Assembly (NCBI RefSeq): GCF_006345805.1
Contig: NW_021834469.1
Span: 1 to 50,633 of the forward strand
DNA length: 50,633 bases
Reading direction: 5' to 3'
From: Octopus sinensis
Taxonomy: Eukaryota
Numbering within the stretch: the first letter of the stretch is position 1; every line of letters starts with the position of its first letter. The notes under the pieces were generated by a model. The model was not told the DNA's origin. It saw only the letters and a program-made list of their open reading frames with translations, and searched no databases. The translations under genes and the position numbers were made by a program. This document shows positions 38,143 through 50,633 of the stretch, in pieces.

Positions 38143-38603
38143 TTAGAAAGGCATCGTTCTTGTAACAAGAGTATGTGCTCTGCTAGTATCAATCATAGTT
38201 CTGTGACAATTTCTCTAAGTCGTCTCTTGTTGGCTCTTTTAGATTATCTTCATTGGTATTCAGAATCGTTCTCAAGCGTCTTTGGTGAAACTCATTCAGC
38301 TTTCTGCCTATTTTACCATTGTTCTTTTATATCTCAATAGCATAAAAAAAAAGACAAAAACATTTGGTACAACTCTGCCATTACGGTGCCGGATATTTAT
38401 GTTATCGTTTAGGATGATCAAATAGCGCTCACTCAGGAATACAGTCACAGCTTCGCCATTATCAATAATTATTCAAAATAAGGTGGTACCCTTCTGTCAA
38501 GAAGAAACATGTATGTGTGTGTTTATGTGTATATGTGCATGTGTGTATACGTGTGCGTGTATACGTGTGTATATGTTTGTTTCAGTATCAGTGCCAATAT
38601 TTA

Positions 38604-38810
38604 AGGCGGTTAAATAGCAGAATCGTTGCCGCGCCATGAAAAACATGTTTAGCGGAATGTTCTCTGAGTTCGATTGCCGCTGGGGGTCGACGTTGCCTTC
38701 TATCCGTTCAGTCTCGATAAAATAAATACCACTTGAACACTGGGGCCGATTTCATCGATTTACCCCATTCCCCCTATTTTGCTGGCCGTTTACCAAAATT
38801 TGAAATCGAT
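38604..38810 (+). mobile_element. SINE family B, diverged copy
   Basis: ggcggttaaatagcagaatcgtt...gagttcgattgccgc...gtcgacgttgccttctatcc. Confidence 0.75.
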
Positions 38811-39473
38811 ATCAATCTCAATATCGCCATTGTTATTAACCAGCCTGACCAGATGGTTAAATATCGCAAGTGTCTCGATATTTTGTTGATTGGTCGTTAG
38901 GCTTTTTATCGTTTGTTTTAGTTTTTCTTGACATTGATTTTGAAACCAAACTTTTCAGAATTCCGTTCTTGTTCTGATGTGAGCCGTTCTAGGACCTTGG
39001 TTTCTCAAAGTAAGCAAAACAATTTCACGAGCAGTATTCAAGCCATTCAGTCGCAGCTGTCGTTTCCACAGTTTTCTCCTACCATTGAGTATCATTGCTG
39101 TTTTCTTTGGCAAAGTCTACAGCCAGCAACAACAACAGGAGCGACAGAATGCAGCCTTGTATCTCTCCAGTAAAAATAACATACACAAACTGACACACAC
39201 ACATATAACCACACATTGGATTGGCATCCTTTCTGTCTCGGGAGACAATAAAGTTGAAGTAGTCTAGTCCGGCTTTTATATTTCATGTCCTGATACATTT
39301 CCTGCTGTGGCTGTGTAGTCCTATCCTGGCAAAACACTCCCTCTGGCAGGTACCGCAAATGTAGCGAAGACTTGTCCTGGCTGGTTGTAGTGCCAGGTCT
39401 TCTTGTTTACGTCTTTCCTTTCTTTCCATTTCTCCTCTCTCTCTCTCTGTCACTCCTTTGTATTCCCTCTTTT

Positions 39474-39656
39474 ATAAACACACAAGTATATACATATACA
39501 TATATAAACACACAAGTATATACATATACATATATAAACACACAAGTATATACATATACATATATAAACACACAAGTATATACATATACATATATAAACA
39601 CACAAGTATATACATATACATATATAAACACACAAGTATATACATATACATATATA
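39474..39656. repeat. 30-nt minisatellite, 6 essentially perfect units, at the internal repeat of a minus-strand family A SINE
   Basis: (ataaacacacaagtatatacatatacatat)6 followed by gagcttctttcagc...aatccactcacaagg. Confidence 0.95.
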
Positions 39657-40527
39657 CAACGAGCTTCTTTCAGCTCTCTTCTGCAAAATCCACTCACAAG
39701 GATTTGGTTCGGCCCAGGGCTGTAGTGGAATACACCTCGCCCAACATAACACGCAGTGGGACTGAATCTGGAACTATGTGATTCAGAATTAAGCTTCGGA
39801 AGAATTTTTATCCTGAGAAAGAGATAAAGAAATGAAAAGAACATTCCACTCATATCAAGCAACTGTAGACCTACTATGCTTGCCCCTCTCTTATATATCA
39901 ATTTCCTATACGTTGCTTCAAATTCTGATTATCTATGTTACATATGATTGTCTTTTCTACGCTGTGTATTTGTATTTTCAAAGTTATCAACACAATTATA
40001 TATTCATGTCATAGCCGTACACTAATCTGTATTATAAGGAAATATCTATATTGAAATCAATTTACGAAATTCATTCACCGATGCCTACACAATATGTATA
40101 TGTATAATATATATATATATCACAATACACACATACACATAGATTAGTACATACATACAGAAAAGAAACTATACATATAATAATATATATATATATATAT
40201 ATAATATATATATATATATATACACTTACACACACGTATATATACACATATGTATGTATTATGTATGCATAAGTATATACGTATTTTCCACTTGTCGATC
40301 CTTCTATACACACACACACACACACACACCCGTATGTAAATGAACCTTCGTCTAGCGTCTGACGTCAGTCTTATATATATATTTGTCCCATAGCTGAACA
40401 TCAAGCGCTGTAGAAAGATTTGCCTGAAATGAGCGAAGACATAAAATAACAATAAAATAGTCTTCTTGTTCTTCATCATCATCGTCGACATCCCCCTACT
40501 CATTATCATCATGATCATCATCGTCAC

Positions 40528-40742
40528 CTTCTTCTTCTTCTTCTTCTTCTTCTTCTTCTTCTTCTTCTTCTTCTTCTTCTTCCCCTTCTTCTTCTTCCCC
40601 TTCTTCTTTTTCTTCTTCTTCTTCCCCTTCTTCTTTTTCTTCCTCTTCTTCTCCTCCTTCTTGTTCTTGTTCTCTTCTTCTCCCTTCTTCTTCTTCTTCT
40701 TCTTCTTCTTCTTCTTCTTCTTCTCCTCCTCCTTCATCTTCT
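40528..40742. repeat. (CTT)n tract
   Basis: Directly visible; explains the poly-K/poly-F ORFs. Confidence 0.95.
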
Positions 40743-40824
40743 TTATATTATGTGAACCCCCATACTTTATGTTTCTCCTTGTACTGTCCTTTTCATCCTT
40801 CGCCTTTGTGGCACATAAATGTAA

Positions 40825-40880
<56 letters not shown>

Positions 40881-40890
40881 TATCATTAGT

Positions 40891-41150
40891 ATTGCCTTTG
40901 CACAGCTTCTAACGCTGGAGATGTACTACGGTGTCAGCTGTTCACTACCAGTGAACTAAGGTAACACCCCTTATTTTTCGAATAATTTCCGGAATATTCG
41001 AGCGTTCTAAGCAGTGCTGTTTTCTGCAAGTGCTCCAACCTTATTGCAGCCCCTATTTGTTCCACGTACTTCTCAAGATTTTTACTTAATGTCCCCAGGG
41101 CTCCGACGATTATTGGTACTACTGCTACCTCTTTCATCGACCACAACTGT
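40891..41150 (-). mobile_element. 3' end of an RLE-type non-LTR retrotransposon (R4/Dong-like)
   Basis: VAVVPIIVGALGTLSKNLEKYVEQIG...LQKTALLRT(frameshift)RIFRKLF matches the VPIVIGALG...LQKxALLGTARILR C-terminus; (TAA)n arrays on both sides. Confidence 0.82.
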
Positions 41151-41506
41151 TTTACATCCCAAACTAATCTGTTGTATTCATTATTATTACAATTATTATT
41201 ATTATTATTATATTATTATTATTATTATTATTATTTATTATTATTATTATTATTAAAATTTTTGTTGTACTTGACTTTCATAGTGTGAAGACGTTATATT
41301 TTCTTCTCCCTACGAAACACATTCTTATTGAAGCAAAGTTAAACTTTCAAGTAAAAAGAATTATAATTTCTTTTTTTTTTTTTCATTTTTTCTCTTCTTT
41401 TACACCTTTGATACTTGGTTGTAGAAAACAGAAAAGAAAGGTTTTTTTTTTTCTTTCTTACAAACTTTTAAAATTTTATTTCACCCTTTGCAGTTTCAGA
41501 TCGAAG

Positions 41507-41552
41507 ATGGCAACGAAACCTAATCATGCTGCGCAACAAAGCAACGTAATGG
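41507..41552 (+). CDS. Candidate first coding exon of an unidentified gene (MATKPNHAAQQSNVM, phase 1)
   Basis: Long pyrimidine tract and ccctttgcag acceptor (41493; alternative tttcag 41499), AAGATGG start context, G|GTAAGA donor at 41553; no homology recognised. Confidence 0.35.
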
Positions 41553-41846
41553 GTAAGAAAAAAGGCTACGCAAAACCAAAAACTTACAAATTAAATTTAG
41601 CAGCGGAACTTGAGAATAAAAAAGCTCAGTGAAGATTTAATAGAAGGAAATGTTCCAAATACGCAAATAAGTAATTTGGAAGCATGCAGCATTATCAAAA
41701 ACAGGAGCCGTAATAGTTACAACAGTATCAAGTCTTGCATAATTCTCGTTCATTTAGCTGTCGTCTGAAGACAAGCGATCGCTCCACAATGAATAATCAA
41801 ATAGAATTTTGTGACCTGGCAGAGTTACATGGAAAAAATATGGATA

Positions 41847-42250
41847 GGCGCAGGAGTGGCTGTGTGGTAAGTAGCTTGCTTACCAACCGCATGGTTCCGG
41901 GTTCAGTCCCACTGCGTGGCACCTTGGGCAAGTGTCTTCTGCTATAGCCCCGGGCCGACCAATGCCTTGTGAGTGGATTTGGTAGACGGAAACTGAAAGA
42001 AGCCTGTCGTATATATGTATATATATATATATGTATGTGTTTGTGTGTCTGTGTTTGTCCCCCTAGCATTGCTTGACAACCGATGCTGGTGTGTTTACGT
42101 CCCCGTCACTTAGCGGTTCGGCAAAAGAGACCGATAGAATAAGTACTGGGCTTACAAAGAATAAAGTCCCGGGGTCGATTTGCTCGACTAAAGGCGGTGC
42201 TCCAGCATGGCCGCAGTCAAATGACTGAAACAAGTAAAAGTGTAAAGAGA
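41847..42250 (+). mobile_element. SINE family A, full-length young copy
   Basis: ggcgcaggagtggctgtgtggtaag...gggttcagtcccactgcgtggcaccttgggcaagtgtc...catggccgcagtcaaatgactgaaacaagtaaaag. Confidence 0.95.
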
Positions 42251-42319
42251 GATAGGAGGATTTTTCAAAACCCAATTGCATTTCTTTGCCAAAGGAAGCG
42301 AAATAAAATAAAATTATAC

Positions 42320-42545
42320 AGCGTGGGTGTGTGGTAAGAAGCTTGCTTTCAAACCACGTGGTTCCGGTTCAGTCCCACTGCTTAGAACATTGGGTTGGTG
42401 TCATCCTCTATAGCCTGCGGCCGACGAAAGCCTTGTGAATGGATTTGGAAGACGGAAACTGAAAGAAACCAGTGATATATGTATGCGTGTGTGTGAGAGT
42501 TTGTGCGTGTGTGTGTAATTGTGTGTGTCTGTGTTTGTTTCCTGG
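42320..42545 (+). mobile_element. SINE family A 5' half, older copy
   Basis: gtgtggtaagaagcttgc...gttcagtcccactgc...gacggaaactgaaagaa. Confidence 0.85.
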
Positions 42546-42547
42546 TG

Positions 42548-42797
42548 GCGCGCGTTGCGCCCCGGAGCAAGGTACTTTATTTCCCCTTCCTCTAGTCCAC
42601 TCAGCTGTCAAAAATGAGTTATACCAGTATTTCTAAGTGCCGTCCTTGTCAAATTCCGTGTTACACTGAATCTCACTCAGAACTACATTAAGAGAAAGAG
42701 TGTCTGTGGAATGCTCAGCCAGTTGCACGATAATTTCCCGAGAAGGCTCTTCCGTCGATCGAATGAACTGGAAACTTCACCTTTGTAACCGGCGGGC
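42548..42797 (+). mobile_element. Body of another SINE type (CORE-like)
   Basis: gagcaaggtactttatt...agtccactcagctgtcaaaaatgagt resembles CORE-type SINE bodies; single copy here. Confidence 0.5.
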
Positions 42798-42809
42798 CGC
42801 CAGCTGTTG

Positions 42810-42972
42810 CACACACACATACACACTTTCTTATACACACGCACCTTCGTTTTGGGATCACTACTACTTTATTATCGCCCCTTCTTCCTAGCTCTCCTGT
42901 GTGACCATTCTGTCCGGCATTCCTCATGATAGATCGCTAGTCACTACACATTCTTTATTTTCTCTCCTTGTA
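42810..42972 (+). mobile_element. Internal fragment of repeat family C
   Basis: ccttcgttttgggatcactactacttt...atagatcgctagtcactacacattctttattt matches 44615-44745. Confidence 0.8.
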
Positions 42973-43959
42973 ATCAGCCAAAGATGCTTTTAGCATCGCA
43001 TTTGAGGACATATAGAAAATACTCCCGGAACTGGAAAAAATTTTCTTGCAGTAACCCTTCGGGCAATGAAGTACCGTCTTCGTCGTATCTTCTCACATCG
43101 ACATTTCCCTTAGATCACAATCCTAGAATGCGACGACTGTTGTCGTTGCATTCTCTCTTATAGATTCTCTTCGTACAATTTGTATTGTTTCTTTTACATT
43201 AGAATTAATGTTTGCAAAACTATAAGAGTTTTTTTTTTACCTATTCTCATCATGTAACTGGTTATCGTGCAGCTGTTAACAGCACAAATGTTTACGCTTG
43301 AAGCTGTGTCCGTCTGTCTGTTTAATGTTCCTACTGTCTGTCTCGCTTAAAAGTTTGAATTCGTGTTTGAAAACAATGGAGACGGATGTGTTTGTTTATA
43401 TCGTCGAAGCTGTTGTTGCTATTACCTCCACCGTGACGGCGAGTGTCTCTTCCTATTACCTTTGCAGCGGCCATCTTGTTGCAGGAGCAATTATTGGAAA
43501 TGACATAGAGCAGCAATTAATACGGAGAAACAAAACAATGTCAAGACAAGCAGTTCTCCATCACAAGGAATTGGATGGATTCTTAAATAACCCGAAAGGC
43601 TTTCTTGATATTTCCGAACGTCAAAGGGCAAAACAAACAAAAACCTGTTTGCAATGAGGGATAATCGTGTTATAATCGACTTTCAGCTGAGGCTCCAAAG
43701 AAGGCATCCGTTCGTTTGGATAGCAACAAAAACAACAACAACAACAACAACAGCAACAACAACTATTTCACAATCCCATGATTCCGGGTTCAGTCCCAAT
43801 GTATGGAACCTTGGCAAGTGTCTCCTACACTCTCATTCTCTCTCTCTCCCTGTCTCTCTATCTCTCTCTCCAGCATAGGCAAATCCTTGAGAGTGGATAT
43901 GGTAGACAGAAACTGAAAGAAGCCCTTCTCAGATGTATATGCATACATACATACATATA

Positions 43960-43995
<36 letters not shown>

Positions 43996-44107
43996 TATAA
44001 CCATATATATATATTATATAGATACTACATACATATATACATACATACATACATACATACATACTACATAACATACATACATACATACATCATATATATA
44101 TATATAT

Positions 44108-44160
44108 GAGCTTCCTGAAGATTTCTCTTGAATGAAACAGTTCTAGTCCTGTAGAAGCTC
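44108..44160 (+). ncRNA. Type I hammerhead ribozyme
   Basis: GAGCUUC-CUGAAGA-uUUCucuuGAAu-GAAA-CAGuucuagucCUG-UA-GAAGCUC; perfect 7-bp helix I, ACAG/CUGU helix III, GUA triplet, predicted cut after 44153; helix II closing pair is U-U. Confidence 0.8.
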
Positions 44161-44173
44161 CTTCTATATAATA

Positions 44174-44208
<35 letters not shown>

Positions 44209-44231
44209 ATATATAATATATTATATATATA

Positions 44232-44893
44232 CACAGGGACGCTCCCACTTGAACGCAGCGGCATGGATGATACAGAGAATAGAATAAAAGTGTGTGTGTG
44301 TGGTATATATATATATATAACCTCTACCCCCACCATCAGCGTAACCCACGTCCCACCCTTGCTCTCCCCACTCTCGCCTCCCCCACCTCCCAACACCATC
44401 ACACCACACCACACACCACTACACCATACACCACCATACTACACAACACATCACATCATATCACACCACCACGCACACACTAGCACTGACCACTTCCCAG
44501 CCCCACATTTTCACACCTACACATACGCACACCTACACATACGCACACGCAGACATCAAGGTCACCAGCCCTCTTCCACATGCACATACAAACTCTTTTA
44601 TACACACGCACGCACACCTTCGGTTTGGGATCACCACTACTTTGTTATCTCCCATTCTTCCTATCTCTCCCGTTCTGTGGCACCTCTCTCCTAATCCTGC
44701 CTGAATAGATCGCTAGCCACTACACATTCTTTATTTTCTCTCCTTGTTTCTTTCTGTGTTCCTTTCTGTAGAAGAGCGTAGGTTCGAAACGTTAAAAACT
44801 TTTTCACTTCCCGAGCGGTGTTATACTAATACATCTGTTTGTTGTCTACACCACCTGTCTTAGCCTTTTGTTTTTTTTTGTGAATTCTCCACT
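44232..44893 (+). mobile_element. Longest copy of repeat family C (~660 nt, non-coding, CA-rich) between TA tracts
   Basis: Contains the 42810 segment plus the variant HHR (44761-44798) and shared 3' end; 5' boundary approximate. Confidence 0.75.
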
Positions 44894-45779
44894 AATATAT
44901 ATATTAGTACATTATAAATAAATCAGAGCTGATGTCTTTCTGCCACCACACATTCAAATATATTATGGCATTGCTATCTGACATGGCCATTCTCCTTGCA
45001 CTACATTTTAAGATATTCACTGGCCTCATGATATTTTCATGGTTTATAAATTACTATGAACTTTGTTGATTGCTGATAGAACGAGTACAGAAAATATGCA
45101 GACTTTTGTAGAATCGCTTATTTTCACGAATCTTTTTTTCCATATATTTATTATTTTTTTCCAAACGTCTGTGTCTATTTTGAAATACATGTACCATTGT
45201 ATCTCACTGTAAGATTTAATCACTATTTAGATGACAAGTGTATACTTAAACATTTAAACTGCGTATTTGTATACCTACGTGTATGCACATTAATAATTCT
45301 ATCTCTGTCACAAAATTCGAAGGTGATAATCAGAGTTGCAATGAATAAAATACAATTCTATTTTTTTTCTTTTGAGTCTCATTTCTTCTGTTTGTTTGCA
45401 ACTGTTTCATTAACCCTTCTTCGATATCTTAGACACAGATCGATAGAAACATACGAAGACTTATTTACAGGTACATGGACATATAAATAAATAAACAATC
45501 GCATTACCTTTGATTTGTTTTCCAATTGGTAGAACATAATTTTTTTGTTTCTAGATATTTTATATTAAAGTATTCACGAGTCATATGCTTAAACATGTGT
45601 GTGTGTGTGTGTGTGGTGTGTGTGTGTGTGTGTGTGTATGAATGTGTCTCTGTATATGTTTATCCGTAATTAAAGTTGACACAGGCACATATTTACATAC
45701 ACATATATACGTGTATTTATGTGTCGTCTTATGTTTTCGGTAAATTTGAACTATATATTATATGGCCACGGGTTCACCT

Positions 45780-45945
45780 CACTTTGATCCTGCCTGCCTG
45801 AACTTTCTATTTCTTATTCCTTTATGTCATAGAGGTAGGCTCGAAACGTAAAATACTTTTCTATTTTCCATTTTTCTTAAAGTTAAACTAATACACCTCC
45901 TTGTTGTTCCTACACCTATCTTCGTCTTTCCTTTTCTGTAAACCT
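45780..45945 (+). mobile_element. Repeat family C, decayed 3' end
   Basis: gtaggctcgaaacgtaaaatacttttc...aaactaatacac...tcttcgtcttt. Confidence 0.65.
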
Positions 45946-46076
45946 GAACAAAACACCTCCACAAATACATATATACACACACACACATATATAAATATAC
46001 ATATATGTATGTATGTTTGTATTACAATATAATAAACATATAATACATATGCATCTTAAATGAGATATATATGCAT

Positions 46077-46127
<51 letters not shown>

Positions 46128-46559
46128 CACATATATTTATTAAAAAAAAAATAGGGAAAAATAAGTATTCCAGGTTATCAGGATATTTACTATTTTACAC
46201 ATAACTAAACAGTATCATTTATAATATTATTACAAATTTGGGGGTTTACCAATATATATGTAGTAATACATATATACATTTATACACATACATGTATAAA
46301 TATATGTATATATATATACATATAATATATACATGCATAAATATGCCTATTCGTTTATATACGTATGTGTATTGGTTCGCTAGAATGCATGCGTTTAATG
46401 TATGTAGACATGGGAATGAGATGGATTTACTAAGATAATGCTCTACTAAAAGAAAAACTTTACTGAAACAGAAAAAAACAGAAAGTGGAATAAAATAATG
46501 GCAAGTAACAACAAACAAAACAAATAATAATAAAAAGCAACAGCAATAATCGCAACAGC

Positions 46560-46706
46560 AATAAAAATACCAATAATGATAATATATTAATATTAATAAT
46601 ACTAGTAGCTGTAATGATAATAATAATAGAAATAATAGGACTCGTGATGACGATGATATGATGATGAGGATGATGCTGATGCTGATGATAATAATAATAT
46701 AATATA

Positions 46707-46751
<45 letters not shown>

Positions 46752-46949
46752 TAATAGTAATAATAATAATAATAATAAAAATAATAATAATAATATAATA
46801 AAAATAATAATAATAATAATAATGATAATAATAATATAATAAAAATAATAATAAGAAAATAATAATAATGAATAAATAATACTAATTATAATAATGATAA
46901 TAAAATAATAATAATAAATAATAATATAATAATTAATAATAATAATATA

Positions 46950-46984
<35 letters not shown>

Positions 46985-47000
46985 AATAATAATAATAATT
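46560..47000. repeat. (TAA)n degenerate tract
   Basis: Directly visible. Confidence 0.93.
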
Positions 47001-47889
47001 GCCACCGCAATAAAAGAAACCCCAATCACGAGTCAAAAAACATTGTTGTAGAACACTCGCGTAAAAAGGTGCGAGTAATTTGAAAATTACTGTTGTGATT
47101 GAAAGAGCTTTTTAGCAAATGGACGTATTCTTGATTTCTGCCACTTTAGAGATTGCCTGAGTTTCATCGCCTGTTATATGTAGGCTTTTTTCGTTTGTTT
47201 GTTTGTTTTTATTTCATGTATAATGCGTATGTGTATGTGTGCAGTTGTGTTTGCATTACATGAGGCATAGCGTGATCCTGTTGCAATGCCATGCAAGTGT
47301 TCACTTAACTATGAAATAAAACGTGGCGAAAGTACGTGAATAAAATGTTCAAATGTTTTGATTGATATTTTTCATCCTTTTTATTCTGTTTCTTATTTAT
47401 AGTTCCCACTAATTTCATTTATTTATGTATTATTTGTATTATTTTACTTTATAATTTGTTATGTTTTTCTTCAAAATTATAGTTATATATATATGTTATT
47501 TTTATAGGACTGTTGTTTTATGTTGGTGTTTGTTTTAGGTATTTCATGGGAAATGAATGGAAAGTTCACCGAATAATTTACTTGAAAAATAAGAAAAAAA
47601 TATTCTACATATGTGATTCTAACTATGATAACGAAGAATGATTTTTAGATGCCGTGAATAGTTAGAAGAATCGGTAAATCGGTAAATTGAACGAAAGAGG
47701 GATTTTTACGATATTTAGGCAGCAGTCATATCCTTATATCCCAAGTTCAAGCCATACCAACTTGAATAATCTCATTTGTTCTTCTGCGGTTGGAAAAATA
47801 ACGCCAAAGGAATTTTGGTGTGTTTTGTAAGAATTCCGGGACCTAGAGCGTGATTCTTTCTACCGGCACTAGACAGCTCAATGAATGGT

Positions 47890-48181
47890 AAAATCTGGAG
47901 GAATAGCATTCTGATGGAAGAACACATTTCTTCTGGAAGCCAAAGACGGTCGTTTTTCTTCCCGCCCTGACTGAAGACGCTGAAGCTGCTCGCAGTAGAT
48001 CTCGTTTGTTATCGTTTGGTTCGGGTTTAAGAGCTCAAAGCGGACTAAGCTTTTCATATCCCACCAAGCAGATAACAACACCTTATGTGGGTGGAATCCT
48101 TCTTTGCCCAGGGGTGCCTGCGTTTCTCCTTTCCCTACCCACTGTCTTTGAAGCTTGATATTCTTTTAGAGAACCCATTTC
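47890..48181 (-). mobile_element. Mariner transposase fragment (catalytic domain, pseudogenised)
   Basis: KWVL*KN...QW...HPHKVLLSAWWDMKSLVRFELLNPNQTITNEIYCEQLQRL...EKRPSLASRRNVFFHQNA matches mariner KWxxY, HxxKvML.vWWD, YCxQL and HxDNA motifs. Confidence 0.92.
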
Positions 48182-49498
48182 AATATTTAAAATATATATT
48201 TTTGAAATATTTTTTGAGGTGATTGGGTGTGCTAGATTCCCTTGTTCGAAAATATAAGGACACAGATCATGTTCTATAGCCAGCTGGAGTCTATGTCTCT
48301 TGGGACTAAATTACAGCAACATTAGTCCTCAACCAGGACTGCCATGTTATGTTGGCAAACAATCTTTACTTCGATAATATACTTGTTAGGAGAAAGGCCA
48401 GTAACAGAGACGCACAGACTACAAATGCACCGCATTTGCTTTTAGGTTTGAGTGAATGTTAAAATATAATATGTAAAACTAAAATAAAGAAAGAGACAAT
48501 CAAACAAACAGATTTACAGTTCACTTCCTACAGTTGCTTCCGACTTTCTATAAAAGTTTGTGGATGGGTCCTGGTGATTTTTTGGACCTTAATATAAACG
48601 GAAATGACAAATGTCCACTTTATGCATTCGCAATTGTATTATTAGGGGCTGGCATAGTGTACAACAGATATTTACTATCCTACAGTCATATTCAGGGACT
48701 TACATATGATTCACGCAGATGTCTCTTTGAAGTTGTGATTCAGTTATCAGCGATAGTGCACAGGTCTTCAAGTTGTGATTCTCTTATTGTTGAGAGTATG
48801 TAGTACTTGAAATTTTATGGTTGCTAGTATGCAATGGTGGAGTCTATGATTCTCTTAGTTTTCATAGAAAAAAATCACGATGTTAAATTATTTCCAGTCA
48901 AGTAGAACAACCACTACTTAAAAAGTCTTCTGTGATCAATACAAAAAATATAGAAGCAAATATTTAAATTATTTCTTAAAAATATTCGGATGCATTATAA
49001 GGCTTCGCTATCTTTAATTTCTTATCTGCTATTTAATTAGCAGTTTTCTGCGTTTCTCTTGGTTCTTTTCTAGAAAGTAATGGTAGAGAGGTGAGGATTA
49101 ATACTTTCGGATAAATTTTTAAGTTAATTTGTGGGTTAGTTGAATATTTTTGTTGTATCTATTTGAAAATATTCGTATGAGTCCATTTCGTTTCTTTTAT
49201 ATTTTGTTTGTGTGAATATATGAAATGATTTATGCGGTTTCTTATAAGTGTGTTTTTCTGAAGCCTTTGAGTTCAAGAGAATAGCAAGAAAATTATCTTT
49301 TTAACGGAAGAGTCAAATGTGATTGCTAAGCTTAATTTTTTTAAATAAGATTAAATTTTTCTTTAATTCTTTCGACTATTTTATACATACGTACACGCAT
49401 GCTTACACACACACACACAATATATATATATATAATACATTGACATATATACAGATATACATATATATATGAGGTACTATATAAATATATATATATAC

Positions 49499-49538
<40 letters not shown>

Positions 49539-49539
<1 letters not shown>

Positions 49540-49730
49540 TTTACGAAAAAAACAAAAGACGAAGACAGGTGGTGTACAAAACAAACGGATGTATTAGTAT
49601 AACGCTCAGGAATAGAAAAAGATTTTTACGTTTCGAGCCTACACTCTTCTACAGAAAGGGAAACAGCAAAACAAGGAGAGAAACAAGGAGAGAGAAAAAT
49701 GTGTGTAGTGGCTAACGACCTATCATGGCG
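49539..49730 (-). mobile_element. Repeat family C 3' end abutting (TA)n(GA)n
   Basis: aaaagacgaagacaggtggtgt...gtattagtataacgctcagg...acgtttcgagcctacactcttctacag. Confidence 0.82.
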
Positions 49731-49929
49731 ACTGATATGTATATACGTTTGTGTGTGTGTTGACTACTCATCTATAAAATATGTAGTATTAAAAGACTAT
49801 CGTATCATATGATCCTGGTACAAATTTGAATCATGTTTGCAGTAAGTCTTTCAAGTACAAAGACAAATGAATACGGAAACTGTGTCGAATCCTGTGCACG
49901 TAATCACATAAAACTGATGCGGTGTCTTT

Positions 49930-50160
49930 ATCTTTTCTGCTCCTTGTTTTATTCATTTGAATGTGGCCATGTTGAGCAACACCTTTGGAGGGTTTAGGCG
50001 GACAAATCGCGCTCCGTACGTATTTCTTTACAATCTCGTACTTATTGTTTTGGCCTGATTCGCCGAACTGTTATGTTATAAGGATTTAAACAAACCAGCT
50101 CTGGATGTCTGCCTGCTAACCGTTTGTTGGGGCAAATACAAGACGTACAAATATATACAT
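49930..50160 (-). mobile_element. SINE family A, highly diverged 3' half
   Basis: catttgaatgtggccatgttgagcaacacc...cgccgaactgttatgtta. Confidence 0.6.
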
Positions 50161-50633
50161 ATATATATATATGCATATTTTATTTATTTGCTTATTTTAT
50201 TTTATTTATTTGCTTATTTACTTACTTATACTTTCCCATTCCATCTTTAGTCTGTGTATGTGTGTCTTGTGTGTGTGTGTATGTGGGCTTATGTACTATA
50301 CAGCTTGTTTCTGTGCCATATTTTGGGGGCCACACGTTTGATCAGACAGACCAAGAATCAACAGAAAACGTGAATGGAATAATAACACCCCTCCACTCCA
50401 CCTCACTACGCAACCGACTAAAGAGAGAAAGAGAGAATAAAAAATGACTGTAAAGCGAGATTCTTAACCACACAGTCATGCCAGTGTCTACAATAATTAT
50501 CTTTATGCAAAACTCACTAATGGACGCCTTTTCCTCACTCAAATATAATAGAAGACAAGTGATTTTGAAGAGAAGTGATTCAGCGATAGACATGTATTTC
50601 TTCTGATATCACACAATGTGAATCTAAACTTAT

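Noticed and set aside
43298-43657. 119-aa non-repetitive ORF
   Set aside because: Non-ATG start, no recognisable domain, no convincing exon boundary pair
48534-49370. 89-aa ORF after a cctacag acceptor-like site, or a decayed retroelement on the minus strand
   Set aside because: No recognisable motifs in either orientation; cannot be supported without a search

Overview
AT-rich, microsatellite-saturated eukaryotic DNA with no complete protein-coding gene. The repeat content resembles an octopus/coleoid cephalopod genome (inferred from recalled SINE sequences, not searched). Almost all supplied ORFs are microsatellite or SINE artefacts. Recognisable parts: many copies of two abundant tRNA-derived SINE families and three rarer ones, decayed RTE LINE pieces, an R4/Dong-like 3' end between (TAA)n arrays, and two Tc1/mariner remnants. 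The most striking unexplained signal is a set of type I hammerhead ribozyme (HHR) motifs of several unrelated sequence types. Four have the CUGANGA/GAAA/UH core and recognisable helices (44108-44160 +, 34350-34411 +, 32858-32905 -, 6406-6449 -). A dispersed repeat beside TA-rich microsatellites carries a variant core, and further degenerate motifs occur. One short insert (8023-8110) begins exactly at the predicted cleavage site of the 44108 ribozyme. Together these suggest ribozyme-processed, microsatellite-targeted, non-autonomous Penelope-like/retrozyme elements. Other points: a near-identical inverted duplicate of a ~265-nt non-repeat segment (7.0 kb and 20.2 kb), a candidate start-codon exon at 41494-41552, a SINE fold-back and a pre-miRNA-like hairpin. 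All structures were read by eye; none is computationally or experimentally validated.
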